A DNA stretch of 64,000 nt from Vitrella brassicaformis CCMP3155 (GCA_001179505.1 CDMY01000491.1:2881-66880); one strand, 5' to 3'; positions 1-12,630 are shown, counted from the first letter of the stretch. Numbers and translations are program-made. The notes: generated by a model from the sequence alone, not told the origin.

Positions 1-2
1 AC

Positions 3-968
3 ATCATCGACTTCCTGGGGCCAGGCAATGTCTACCTGTCCATTTATGAGAACGGCAGCGAAGATGACTCGAAGGACTTTCTGGTGAACATGGATGTACT
101 CCTCACTCTCTTCAATGTGGACCATACAATCGTGACGGACATTGAGGGGCGACCACATGATGTTGATGCAGTCGAGTATCTTGCCAAAAAGCGCAACAGG
201 GCGCTCGAGCCTTTGATGGACGGAGACAACGGTTCATTCGACAGGGTGGTCATTCTGGACGGCCTCCTCTTCTGCAGTGCGGACGTCCTCGAGTTGCTAC
301 ATGAGGCCAAAAGGCAGGGGGCTGACATGGCGTGCGGCGCTGACTTCCGATTGCAAGAGGGCGAGAACGAGAAAAGCCGACGTCTTGCATTTGGAGACAC
401 GAAGACAACAATAGATATCACCGGTTCTCACTTCCTTCCTTTCCCCCCCAATGCCTTCAGCCAGCACGAAGCCACCCGAGACCGCCTCAAGCGGACTCTG
501 CCTGTGCAAGTCACTTGCTGCTGGAGCGGGCTTGTGGCTCTCAATCCTCGGCCACTTGTCGAGGACGGGCTCACATTCCACCACCGAGACAACGAAGGCG
601 AAGAAGGGGCGTGTGGTGCGGGTGAGCGCATGTTGCTGTGCCAGGACCTGTACCGCAACGGGTGGAATCGGGTCATGTTAGTCCCAGCTGCCAAAGCCGT
701 CAGCTCGCATGACCACGGATGGAAAGAGACGGATAAGTTGCGCGAATACGAAGAAATGCAAAGGGTAAATCGAGGTTTCAATCCAGAACCCGTCGAGTGG
801 GCGCCTGTAAGTGGTGAGGTCGCGTGTCACGAAGAGGCTAGAGATAAGACAGGCACACACACGTTCTTTGTTGGTGCTCCAAACCATCGTGACAACGGGG
901 CTACTCGTGGACGAGCGAGACTCCTCCCACGAATCTCAGTTCTACAATCTTGGCTTTCGTCGAACTAA
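3..968 (+). CDS. CAP59/cryptococcal mannosyltransferase-1-like glycosyltransferase (GT69), 5'-truncated by window edge
   Basis: Frame open from nt 3: LGPGNVYLSIYENGSED...YLAKKRNRALEPL...FDRVVILDGLLFC..D.LELL...ADMACGADF...QVTCCWSGLVAL...C.AGER.LLCQDL; these are CAP59-family motifs. No intron evident in the visible part. Confidence 0.8.
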   Translation: MIDFLGPGNVYLSIYENGSEDDSKDFLVNMDVLLTLFNVDHTIVTDIEGRPHDVDAVEYLAKKRNRALEPLMDGDNGSFDRVVILDGLLFCSADVLELLHEAKRQGADMACGADFRLQEGENEKSRRLAFGDTKTTIDITGSHFLPFPPNAFSQHEATRDRLKRTLPVQVTCCWSGLVALNPRPLVEDGLTFHHRDNEGEEGACGAGERMLLCQDLYRNGWNRVMLVPAAKAVSSHDHGWKETDKLREYEEMQRVNRGFNPEPVEWAPVSGEVACHEEARDKTGTHTFFVGAPNHRDNGATRGRARLLPRISVLQSWLSSN

Positions 969-1710
969 TGAATTAAGATGACTACGTCAAAAGACAGGTG
1001 TCACGGGCATATGCAATTTGACCATAATTTATGCAATTGTGTGTGTGTGACTTGTGAATGAGATCTGCATCCGCATTTTCCGAGGAATGCAAGCATTGCG
1101 ATTCTACAAACCAATCTTGGACCGTAAACCGTTACGAGGCATTTTGAGACGAATGAGATTGAATTCACGCACCGTTTGATCCCGTCTCCGGCTCATTCTC
1201 AGTGAAGTTCTCAGGAGAATGGTGCTTCGCTGATAAAGGGAGGGAGGTGTTCTAGCAGCACCTGACCCCAGAAATTCGATACAAGCCGCCCACAACGGGC
1301 TGTGGGTGCGTGCGTGTGTAGCTGTGTGTGTGCGTGTCTGTGTCATTCATGACGAGAAGGAGGAAACTCTCTCTGTCCTTTCGGGGCTCGCCGCTCTGCG
1401 GGCGAGGCACGCTCTTACCCAAACTTCGTGTTCGTTCCTAATAGATCATTCTTGTCGAGAGATTTTATATTCGGTACCGTGTTTCTGCATGCAGCCCCCA
1501 CTCTGGCGCGGCGCATGCAGCCGATGTTATATCTTGTGTTGTGCAACCCCATGCAGCCAGTCGCCGTCGTTGCAGGTGATGTAATCATATGCCTCAACGA
1601 GCTGCCACTATCCTCCCTTGCTCGACCATTTTTAAAACCTCCCAAATGTGCCGAAGTGTGCATGCAGCTCATGCGATTGCGGGAGGGGGGAGGGAGAGAG
1701 GAGGGGGGGA

Positions 1711-2010
1711 NNNNNNNNNNNNNNNNNNNNNNNNNNNNNNNNNNNNNNNNNNNNNNNNNNNNNNNNNNNNNNNNNNNNNNNNNNNNNNNNNNNNNNNNNN
1801 NNNNNNNNNNNNNNNNNNNNNNNNNNNNNNNNNNNNNNNNNNNNNNNNNNNNNNNNNNNNNNNNNNNNNNNNNNNNNNNNNNNNNNNNNNNNNNNNNNNN
1901 NNNNNNNNNNNNNNNNNNNNNNNNNNNNNNNNNNNNNNNNNNNNNNNNNNNNNNNNNNNNNNNNNNNNNNNNNNNNNNNNNNNNNNNNNNNNNNNNNNNN
2001 NNNNNNNNNN
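1711..2010. other. Assembly gap (300 N); identical 300-N gaps at 3281-3580, 18372-18671 and 39683-39982
   Basis: Runs of N of identical length. Confidence 0.99.
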
Positions 2011-2340
2011 GGGAGGCAGGCACCTGGCACACATACAGACACTGAGCATGTAAGACGAGACGCGCACACGCACTTCATAACATATACCTGGCACACCACC
2101 TCCCCTGGCCCTGGGGAAGTATACAAGCAGGGCGGCCCTGCGCCATCGGGGTGACACGTCACGTCACGCAGATCTGGGTTTTTTCCGAAATCCAGGGGCA
2201 GCCAAACCTTGGTGTGCCGGACATCCGCCCTGGTCCCTGCCTCCTTTTTGCAGGGCTGCTAATCGTTTCCATGAATGCCTTTTTTTGTGTTCATGGAGAC
2301 GCAATGAATGAATGAATGAATCAATGAATGAACGAATGTC
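2011..2340 (+). repeat. Dispersed repeat family A, copy 1, ending in a (TGAA)n tail
   Basis: Core ATATACCTGGCACACCACCTCCCC..GGCCC..GG recurs inverted at 24390-24560 and 60510-60812; AATG-repeat tail at 2300-2340. Confidence 0.8.
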
Positions 2341-2559
2341 GCACACTACACACAATTAAACGTGAGACATGCACCACAATACACACCGTATCCTGATCCA
2401 GTCAGCCACCTCGCAGCCCCGGAGCGGGCCTGGTGTGTGGCGCGGCTGACGAAGTCCTCAGTATCACGTATGAGGCTCCGGGGTGTTCCATTCAGCGTTT
2501 TCCCATTTAAGCACCGTCCCATTTGTGCGATACTCATCGTATACGAAAGGATCGTCAAG

Positions 2560-4384
2560 TCTCACATACAGCAGCATCATGGCGTGAAACTGGCAACAAA
2601 GTCCGTTGCGAAGGGCATGGAATTGTGTCCCATCCCACTTGGAATATCTGTGACAATCGTCCTTGGTCCACCACCGGCCAAGGAGCCCTCGAGAAAAACT
2701 GAACTAATTTGGCTGCGCCTCCTCCCCCCGGACTCCGATGTCTCCCTGGCAGCCGCCGAGCGACATGACGCCGCCATTCTCACGGCATTCAGGCGCATGT
2801 TCCGCTTCGCTGGTTGCTGACTTCCCTGGCTCGGTTTCCGCACGAGTTCAGCTGCCCATCCGGCTGGAAGGGTTTGGCCTCATCTCTGCAACCACGATTG
2901 CCCCATCGGTTGGAGTGACGGCATCTGGCGTCTCTAGCCGCTTTCGTGGAGCCCCATGGCTGCCACAGGGTGGGCCCGCTGCTCTACTTGACCTGTCCTG
3001 GCACCAAGCAGCGACACCTGCTCTTGCCGCAGTCTCTGAGGCGGTCGGGCTGTCCAGGAGTCCTCCCTCTCCTCCTCCATGTCCTTATCTCGAGGCCGCA
3101 GGTTCGGCTGCAGCAGCGCCTGACCGACCAGCCGCACAAGTTCCGCTTAACGAGCTCTTCAACTCGCTTCCGCCTGACAGCCGAGCGCGCGCCGCCTCCT
3201 GATCCGTCGAGGGCCCCTCTCGTCTGCCTGGCTGTCCGCGATCCCCTCCAGTGACCACAAGGCGCTGAACAACTTCAAGTNNNNNNNNNNNNNNNNNNNN
3301 NNNNNNNNNNNNNNNNNNNNNNNNNNNNNNNNNNNNNNNNNNNNNNNNNNNNNNNNNNNNNNNNNNNNNNNNNNNNNNNNNNNNNNNNNNNNNNNNNNNN
3401 NNNNNNNNNNNNNNNNNNNNNNNNNNNNNNNNNNNNNNNNNNNNNNNNNNNNNNNNNNNNNNNNNNNNNNNNNNNNNNNNNNNNNNNNNNNNNNNNNNNN
3501 NNNNNNNNNNNNNNNNNNNNNNNNNNNNNNNNNNNNNNNNNNNNNNNNNNNNNNNNNNNNNNNNNNNNNNNNNNNNNNNNAGCCTTCTGTCTCGCAGCGA
3601 TGCATCTGCGGCGGGGAGAGCTTGACAAATTTGGCGATCACTGTTACGTGTGTCACACGGGGCAGTAAGCGTGTGACGAGATCTCACAACAATATGCGCA
3701 ACTTGTTTGTTCGCCATCCTGGCTGAGGCAGATGTTCCTTCCAATGTGGAGGTGCCTGTGCAGAGCCTCGGCGTCAGCGCGCCCGACGACAACCCCAACA
3801 GCCAGCGCATACACATCTACTGTGTGATCGACGGCCATGACTACCTGCTCGATGTCGCCATCGCCCACCCCTGCAAGCCTGACGACTCCCCCATCCCCTC
3901 CCACCGAACACTCAACCGACGTAGCGCAAAACTTCCAAGTGGCAAGACGGCGCAACTTGCGGAGAAAGACAATATCGATCAGTATGGACCAACCACCCAA
4001 GCAGCTGGCTTCCGCCTCGTGCCTTTCGCTGCGGAGACATTCGGCAGGTGGGGAGAGAAGACGGTGGACTTCATCAAGACGGTGGACTTCATCAAGACGC
4101 TCATCAAGCGGAAGCCCCGCTCTACCTCCATCCCCCCTATGAGGGCGCACCTTTCCGAGAGAGCGGCATCAACCAACCATTGGAGCCAGCTTACGTCCGT
4201 TGAGCTCATGAAGCACAACGCGTTCCAAGTGGCGAGTCGTGGGCAGGGTGCGAACCCGCGAGGGCCACGCGAGTCGTGGGCAGGGTGCGAACCCGCCAGA
4301 GGGCCAGGAAGGGCCGATGCATTTCTCAAGGACTTCGTCAGCCGCGGGCCGTACAATCGCGGGGCTGTGGGGCGGCTGACATGA
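2560..4384 (+). mobile_element. Decayed CRE-like non-LTR retrotransposon (RT C-terminus, CCHC knuckle, REL endonuclease)
   Basis: Frameshifted pieces: LGISVTIVLGPP, LRLLPP...HDAAIL, QLPIRLEGFGLISA (post-RT motifs); CICG..DKFGDHCYVC (knuckle); YLLDVAIAHP, LVPFAAETFGRWG, HWSQLTSVELMKHNA, ending SRGPY. Spans an N gap. Confidence 0.8.
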
Positions 4385-5132
4385 TGTGGATGTCGTGTGC
4401 ATTGGGGTGCACGCCCCGCTTGGTTGTGTCTGTGCAGTGCGCGACATCCTTATGTCCATTCTCCTTGTGATTTTTGCAGTCGTTGAGCTTTGCTCGTTTC
4501 CTTGTGTGGGGTGTTCCGTTTGCATCGTGCGAACGGTGGTGTCTTTGTCTGAGGCTTAGACGAACATCGTCGCCCGTTCTGTGTACTTGACTCCACATTA
4601 TCTGACCATCTTTGGGTGTGGTATGAGCGTGGCAGTCCGGCCCCCACCGGGCCTGGGCGGCCCAACGAGTGCCGCGGAGATATTTTTTGTCAAGAATGAA
4701 TAGGCAACGGCCAACAGAGTCCAAGACACGTTTCTGTGTTGTCATCACATTGCATGTATCCGCCGTCTTCCTCCCGCGTCGGCCTTTTCTCTTCACGTCT
4801 CTCAGAGGACCTCTGGCTCCCTGTTATGCCTCTGAACCTGACCGCATGGTTTTGGGTGTGTGTCTTGTCGCTTGTCTTATCTTCCACTTAGCTAATTCCC
4901 TTCATTTACTCGTCAATCAGATATTGAATCGAAGCAGTACAGCAGGAGTTGTCATTTATTGCTCACGTCGAGAGGGAAAGGGGCCAGCAGAGGGTAATGA
5001 TAAGTCAGCGTGTCATCCATCAGCGTCAAAGCAACAAAGGACATATAACGACAGGAAAGCATCAAGACGTGGGGGCCATTTCGCCACTACGTTCTCGCCA
5101 ATGTAAAAAGAGAAAAGGACCTACCGCCCTCC

Positions 5133-7406
5133 CTACTTCGTGGACATTGGAGGCTCGTACTCGGCCTCTGTGCCCATAAAACCACCATGTCCGCCGTGTC
5201 TCGCATTGTCGTGATGCCCATGCCCAGGCATTTTCGGCAGGCTCACCTCCTTGTAACAACTGTGTGAATCCTTCCCGTCCGTGTAACCCTGACACACAAG
5301 AAATGATAACGGTGGATCCTCGGGAGGTAAACAGACAATCCAGGCAGTTGCCTACGTGTGGGCAGATCGGCACGGGTGCCTTGATCTCTATCTTTTTGCA
5401 GATGGCCTGCTCCTTCTTCTTCTTCCGCGCGGGCTTCTTGATCTCAAGCTCGAAATCGTCAGGGCAGAACCTCTCGACAGGTGCAGTCTCCTTCAAGTTG
5501 ATGCAGACGCCCACATCGTCGTTGAACTTGGTTCCGTCGGGACACAGAAGGATCGGCTGAAAAAGGGGACAAAGACAAATGCGTGTGATCACGAGAGAAT
5601 ACTCCTCTTTCGTCTTCGTACATTCTTGTCGACGAGCTTCTCACACTTGAGCTCTCCATCTTCCTTCTTCTCTTCTGTGCCTGTGTGTGCAATTATGTAC
5701 ATCAACAATGACAGATGTGTGAAGCGTGCTTTTGGACTGTTCATCTTCATGGACGCGGCAGGCCGGCCTTCTTTACCTTTTGGACATTCGAGCATCGGTG
5801 CACCCCTGTCCTTGCTTCTTGTGCACTTGCCATCCTTGCCCACTGCGCCATTCTTGCACATCATCTTCATGGGAGCGGTGGTAGTCTACATATGCAATAC
5901 ACACGCAACTGTCAGACCGCCCTGCTCTTCATCGTCTCCTCGTCCACAGACGCACCTTTGTGCACTTGTTGCCGTACTTCGTGCTATCAGCCATGTTACC
6001 GTCGGAGCACGTGTATTGCACAGGAACAGTCTCTGCAATTGCCAGAACGATAGGATGCTGCGCCGTTCTCATCCCTTCTGCCTGCCCCGTTTTGCAGTGC
6101 GCACCTTTGTGAATGCACGTTTCGTCCACGAGAGATCCTCCCTTGTTGCATGTTGGTATTCCGGGGGCATGCGAGGTCTTGACGCATTTGCCATGCTTCA
6201 TTTCCCCTCCTTTGTCACAGATCGTCTGCATCGGGGCTGTCTTCTTGGCACCCTTCTCAGACGAGACGCACTCTGCTCCTCCGCTGCCGTGATGACTGTG
6301 TCCGCTGCCCTTCGAAGCCTCCATACTGTACCCTGACGGCGGCAAAACACGGAAGAAAGGGCGGCTGCACCTATTCTTGTCCCCACCCCACCTTTGGGGC
6401 ATGAAGGAGATGGAGAGTATGTCTGGATAGATTCGCATTTGCCATCCTTGCTGCCGGCTCCGTGCTTCATGCCATCGCATGTGATAGTTGGGGCGTAGCT
6501 GTCTGTCTTGGTGCACTCATCGCTCTCCATCTTGTACTCCCTGGGGCACGAGGGCAGGGCACCTTCCTGAGTAATGCACTGACACACGGACGCCTGACAA
6601 CAGAAGCAGACGCATTTTGTGAGTTCTGATTGGCTCGCTCGTCTGCTTGCGAATCGTACTGCGTTCTTCTTTTCGCCGGAGGAAAGGGTGCAGCCAGCAG
6701 GGCAGTGGGGCACGGCACGGCTTTCAATAGATTCCACACACTTGTCGTGCTTCAGCGTCCCGCCCTGAGGATCAAGCAACAGACGACAGACGGCAGACGC
6801 GATCGAGTGATGCGGAAAGGGACGACTGCATTTGGACACGTTACGTGTTTGCAGACGAGCTCAGGCAGGACGTCTGATCTCTTCTGGCACCTGCCGGCTT
6901 CTGTCAACTCCAAACCCTTAGGGCACATTGGCTCTGGCGGAACGCCGTCGACCTTCAGACACTTGTGGGTGCCGCGGAGATCATATCCCTCTGTAGCGGA
7001 CAAACAGCAGGGGACGGGGATATAACAGTGTTACAACTTCAGCTCATGCAACCTTTCGAGACCTGGGCAACGGTGGAATGGGTGGATTTTGATGATCCTG
7101 ACGCATTTGTCGCCTTCAAGCTTCGCATGGGGACCACAGACCAGAACCTGTCGCCGAAAAGTCATAACATTGCATTCTCACCTTCTTCTCAACTTTGCCG
7201 TGATGAAGCCTGCGTACCTTGGGTGTGCTTTCCATCTTGGTGCATACATTCCCCTTGTCTGTGAAGCCGTAGTCACAGCCGCCGTAGCCACCCACATCCT
7301 TCTTGTCTCCGACAGGCGCTGGCTCGCTCTTCTTCGATTGTGCTGCCGCGCCATGGGAAACAATGGCGGCTACCAGCAGCCATACACACCGCCGCTGTCT
7401 CGTCAT
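5133..7406 (-). CDS. Oocyst wall protein (OWP/COWP)-like secreted Cys-repeat protein, multi-exon
   Basis: Signal peptide MTRQRRCVWLLVAAIVSHGAAAQ; many CPxGxxLxxxxC...P..xCP repeats (CPKGLELTEAGRC, CPDGTKFNDDVGVC, CPDDFELE); His/Gly-rich tail GHGHHDNARHGGHGG; stop at 5133. Exon boundaries not fully resolved. Confidence 0.75.
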
Positions 7407-7539
7407 CGATGCCCAACAACGAGTCACCACCCGCTTGGGTTGCCACAGCGTACAAGGGGTCAACCGCTAGGGTTTCTAGCTCGCATGCGTTAATGCCGGA
7501 AACGCTAGCTCGCATAACCGACCGACCAAGATCCCGACC

Positions 7540-7925
7540 ACCACTCACCACCACTCACCCCACCCACGCCGACCGCCCAGGCGAACCCAGGAACCTCAGC
7601 AACCAGCGGCCTGGCTCGGCCCTTCGCGTGGCCGAGAAGCGCAAGAGGAACGTGTATGCCGTCGCCTGTGCACGGGGAGGGTACACGAGTCGTATGGACG
7701 CTGGTCTTCGACTATGGAGACCTTTTTGCACAAGCTAGGCAAGGCAGGGACGACAGGGATTTCTCGACGGGCCGTGCCGTGGCCCGATGGTGGGTCCTCC
7801 TGTCGTATGCAGTCAGGCGTGAGTGTGCTCTTACGGTTTGCGGCAAGAGTGAGGCCGCCACACCATTCATCCGCCCCTTCCCCAGAGACGAGGTCTGGGG
7901 GAGGGGCCCCTATTCACCCCACTAG
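7540..7925 (+). mobile_element. CRE-like REL endonuclease 3' fragment (frameshifted) followed by a (TG)n tract
   Basis: AEKRKRNVY, VWTLVFDYG, VARWWVLLSYAVRRECA, ending GRGPYSPH*; homologous to the C-terminus of the 2560-4384 copy. Confidence 0.65.
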
Positions 7926-8285
7926 GTCTTTTCCTCGCCACACTGTGCTTCCATGTGCCTGTGTTGTGTGTGTGTGTGTGTGTGTGTGTAGGGGTGTGAG
8001 TGTGGGTGGGGGCGTGGGTATGCGTGTGAGGTATTGGTATTCCTGCGTGTGTGCGTGTGTGTAGGGGTGTGAGTGTGAGTGTGGGCGTGGTCTGTGTGTG
8101 TGTCTTGCGGGCATCCTGCTTTTCCCTGCGGTCATGTGTATGGGTGTGCCCCGGGGATGTCTACGGGTCGGCCGCCTGCCGCCCCTCTCCGCCGTGGAGA
8201 CTGGGGCAGCGGTGCGCTCTCACACACCCCCTGCACCCCGTGCGTGGTTATTTTAAGGGCGTGTTTGTGACTGGGGGATCTGCAG

Positions 8286-8560
8286 TGGCTGGCCACCTGG
8301 AGATGGGCGGTATGTACGTATGGAGTCATGGTGCACCACGCACGCACGCACGCCGCCTTCAGGTTGCTGGGGTGGCGCGTGTGCGACGTAGTGTGCCTGC
8401 TCGTATGTTGCTGTCGTTCGCAGCGCCTTGCATTTGCACCTGCTTGCTGCATCTGCCCTCTGCGTGCTGCGTGTTGCGTGTCCGTGTTGCATGTGTTTTC
8501 ATGTTGGACAGACCCATAGGGGACGTCAGGCCGCCTAGGGTGCTCCCTGAAACCGCTGCT
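8286..8560 (+). repeat. Dispersed repeat family B (also 14761-15040; its 3' motif also at ~13060-13095)
   Basis: Near-identical TGGCTGGCCACCTGGAGATGGGCGG...GTCAGGCCGCCTAGGGTGCT.CCTGAAACCGCTGCT. Confidence 0.85.
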
Positions 8561-9297
8561 GCGACCGACCGACCGCTTGGGATGGGTGGGTAGGCCTTGT
8601 GCATGCTTCGCGCGTGTGCGTGCTGCCTATTTGGTGTGTGCTGTGGACAGAGAAGATGTCCGGTAGCGCCGAAAGGTAGGCGCCGGGCTTAGGGACAGGC
8701 GTCTCGTCAAACCCTTAAGCGACCGAAGGGAGCCGCTCCAGCTATGCTGTCCACCCGATTTCTCGGGGAAATATGTCCTCTATGCATACATTCCCCAGTC
8801 ACGTCCCGACCCGTGCTTGTGCCGTATCAGTGTGCAACTTCGCGACGGGTTCGCGTGGCATGGGGCACATGAGTAGCCACACAAGCGGATGTGGCGGGCA
8901 GCTGAGGTGTACCTCTGCGTGAGCTGCAGGGAGGTGTGCGTTTGCGTGTGTGCGCGTGTGTTTTGTTTTGTGTCTTTTTCTCTTTTTTTCCCCTTTTTTT
9001 TGTTTTTTGGAGCGTGTGGTCTTCTTGTGACTCGCTCCAGAAATGAAGAAAGAAAGATCAACCATAAGCAAAGTGATGGTCGATTGAAGGAGAAAGCTCC
9101 TTCAATAAGCACTTCGCCGGAGGTAATGTGGTTAGATGAGAAGAAGAGTTAGCCAGCAGGGACTGACCCATCTTGTCTATCTCGCATCGCATTAGTCACA
9201 GAAGAGGCATCCACTGTCTGTCTTCTTTCCACCTGTAAAGGATGGTGACTCGGTGAATCCCTCCAGTGTATCACTTCCGCGTAGTTTGGGCATTCAG

Positions 9298-10016
9298 TCA
9301 TCCGCGGTCAATGACAGCTAGAATATCTCGAGTCTTCACCAATACATGTGGGAATCTATTGTATATGACCTGCAATCGGTCACGTATCAAACAAGGTTCT
9401 AGTTCTCCTCTCTGTCCACACCTTGCGCCCGAGTCGATCGCCGTAGGCTGTGATTAGGACCCGGTCTTGAGGGGCGATACAATCAGCAGTACTTGTTCCT
9501 GCAGCTGGTTGAAATGTAAGGCCAGGCAGGGGAAAGAATTGCAGGGGTGGTGTTGGAATATGTCAAGCGGCACCTGCCGGTGTGGCAATCACAGTGCCTG
9601 TCACAGGCGATTTGTACTTCTGCATCTGACGGAAGCCACCCTCCAAATGATGCGGAAAGTATCCCTTCCTTTACTCACCTCCTTCGGCAGCAGGACGCCT
9701 CCTCGTGACATCTCCATATTCTCATCCCGCCTGTTCGAGCGAAAAGGCATGTATCTCCCCCCTCGACTGAACACCCTTCCTCTCACCTGATGAGGATGTA
9801 GTCTTGCACGGGTAGGAGTGACTGCGTGCTCCCCAATCCATCAGACTCTACGAGGTGCGCGACAGTCCCACGAAGATCACGGACGCCAAGGCGAGGAGTC
9901 CAGTGGGCTGTCAAAAATGCTGCTTCTACAACACTCAGCAGAGGAATCATCATCAAATGGACGACTTCCTGGGAACTCGCGAGTCGCCGAGAAGCTTTGG
10001 CGAGCTTCTGCAACAA
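9298..10016 (-). CDS. Chaperonin 10 (GroES/cpn10 family), probably plastid-targeted; 5' end uncertain
   Basis: Spliced reading LLPVQDYILIR/RDENMEMSRGGVLLPKE/..GTVIATPAG..QDRVLITAYGDRLGRK/VIYNRFPHVLVKTRDILAVIDRG*; upstream hydrophobic VVHLMMIPLLSVVEAA-F resembles a bipartite leader. Confidence 0.7.
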
Positions 10017-10882
10017 GTAAGGCCACGTTCGTTCGTTCGTTAACGGACACCGAGGTCCCGGCCCCTGAGGGCAGATGCTCTGTCCATAAAAGCGTTTGTC
10101 ATATCAAGGAAACTAAGCTGATGGGTGCAAAGAAAGCCATCGCTTGCGAGAAGCCACGGCCATCAGAAGAAACTGAGCCAACGCACGTTGCACAGGGAGA
10201 GAGCGCGAAGTAAGCAATGACCATGCGAACACCAGTGCATCACAATGAGCAAGATCCCACCAAAAATACACCACACCATCCGGTGCAGTCAGACCATACA
10301 TGCGAACAACACGGCCCCCGTTGAACATGCGGGACCGGCATGACATAGCACATTGCTCGTACAAAATTTCAAACCTCACAACAGCCACATGCTGACCACT
10401 TGCATGAAACACTGTTTCACACTCTCTCCCGCACGAGTCCCGTCATGATGTTTCCTTCCAAAACAACTCATCTACGCAGTGTTCGTAAAAAAAGATCATT
10501 TTTGTCGAGACTTTTTGCTAGCCTGCAACGCGTAATGGTATTCCCCCCCCCGTTGTTGACTAAGAAAAGGCCCGTTTGAGAAAACTGCAAATTCACTGAT
10601 GCTGGAGCTGACGGGCGGCTTGACCGTCAACGTAACTGCTTTTTCCGCCGTTGAGGGTTCATGGACAATTCAGAACTTGCTTTCGTCTTCTCTCCTCGAA
10701 CAGATTTCCCACAAGGGGCGAGTCTCAGTGAGGAAGAGACCCATGGCGAGCGTCATGATACGCCACCATGTCGAGGCCGCCGCTGGAGATGCGGCTGCAG
10801 TACGTACGTGTCTAGACAAGTGTTCTTGAACCTCTTATGGCTCCTTGTCTAGGGTACGGCTTCATGCACTGTTCCACTCTCT

Positions 10883-12630
10883 TCATTCAAATGCATTCTC
10901 TAAGATGTGTCTCGAATGCTCCCATCTCACGGTGGACGCGAATCCTCTCCTCCTGCAAGGCAAACACCACAACAGAAGGCCATTCGCATATATCCTGCTC
11001 CTCTCTCTCGTCATAACCATATCGATCCCCTCTCTTCGTCTTCGAATCCACTCAACAAAGTCGCTGCAGAAACAGGGCAACACACGTGCACGTCCGATAA
11101 ATAATGACTGCACTTCGATGACTGATTGTACGTGTTGTATTCATTTTTGGCTTCAGCAAGGGCCTCAAAGAACGCTTGCATGCCCGCTCCCGTTGCAGCT
11201 GATACACCCACCGCCTGTGTCCCGCCACATACATTTGTACGCTGTTGCCACACATCGGCTGGCACAACAGGATTACCCTCAGATTTCTATAGAACTCCTC
11301 GAGGACGAGACTCATTGAGCGGCTCAAGCTGCGTTCACGAGTGCATCGCCAGTTACACTCCAGTTTGACATACGCCTGTGCTCAAGTTCACCTTGCTAGG
11401 TATGTGATGTCATGGTGGAGATCGTCTCTGTACTTCTCGGGGTTGTTCATCCAATCCAGCGCGAACGAGTGCGATTCGACGTCTGCAAACAACACACGCA
11501 ACCTGAAGTTTAGCTTGCATGTCCTCACACATTTTGTACCGATCTTGTTGAAGCAGAGAACAAAAGGCAGCCTTATCTTGTACAAGACACTGAGTTGCCG
11601 CACGGACACGAGAATGAGGGGGCAGCTGCCCATAGGTGTGCGCATACGAGCGGCATACCTGCAGGCATACAGCATGTTTGACATGAAAGTGACCGGCCTG
11701 TTGCTCCTGGGGGTGTCGACCACATATGCCACGATGGTTGGAAAAGCCAGTGCGAGGGTCTCTAGGGATGACACAGCCGGATACGCTCGCACAGTAGGTA
11801 CAGATACTTCCAGCACACATGGACATGCATGAAACTACGTTGCCCACCAGTAATGATAGATCCACTGGCAGACCTAGATGGAGAAAATACATGCAACAAG
11901 ATTAAAGACGCTCAACGATCGACAAATAACAGAGGGCTCCGATACCAGTTGAACGCTTCGATCTGTCCCGGCGTGTCAATGACAACGTAATCCAGATTGG
12001 GTGCACGAGTTTCCAGCAATGATAAGACCTGGTCAAACCTGCAACGACGCCCACGGAACATCTGCGGTAGGTGCCTTGAACCCTGGTACTTAGTGGAGAA
12101 CAGATTCAAGCTCGTCAGAATGGCGCCATTCGGACCCAAATGATAGCTGCAGGAAAGAAGGGGCTCAGAGTCAACTGGCATTGTTGTCTTGTTTTCTCAC
12201 TGCTTCATGACTTCCTTGTATTTGACCGTGTCACGAATGTCTACGCAATTATACTCCAATAAAGCAACTCTCGGTATCGCGGAGCATATAGTACCTATGT
12301 TGGCTGTGTACGGGACATCCACAGCCTGCACAGAAGATAGCTAAAAGTGGTGACAAAGAGCCTTCCTCGTTAACTACCGCTGGGTCGAGGTTGATCGTGT
12401 ACACGCGCTGCCTTCCCTCTCCTGACAGATGCTGTGACAGCGCATGGAGAAAAGTTGTCTTCCCACTTCCAGCCATGCTGCAACAAAACATGACAAGCAG
12501 ACGAATGCATTCATGCCTCCTTCGACGGTGTAGAGAAGACATTGTACCACCACACCGACCCGATAACCAGAACGACCGTCGGTGAGTTCGTCGACCGAAG
12601 GGGCGAAGAGGAGGCGTCCCTTTCTTCCAT
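10883..12630 (-). CDS. GPN1: GPN-loop GTPase 1 (XAB1/Npa3), multi-exon; 3' end approximate
   Basis: VVLVIGMAGSGKTT, INLDPAV, GPNGAILTSLNLF, IDTPGQIEAFNW, YVVDTPRS..PVTFMSNMLYAC, LPFVLCFNK, MSLVLEEFY, VSAATGAGM. Confidence 0.92.

Noticed and set aside
2080-2110. U1 snRNA 5' end (ATACCTGGCA)
   Set aside because: Lacks ACTTACCTG and the U1 stem-loops/Sm site; it is part of repeat family A.
1415-2162. Long ORFs spanning N runs (also at 3.1-3.8, 18.3-18.9 and 39.6-40.2 kb)
   Set aside because: Artefacts of translating assembly gaps.
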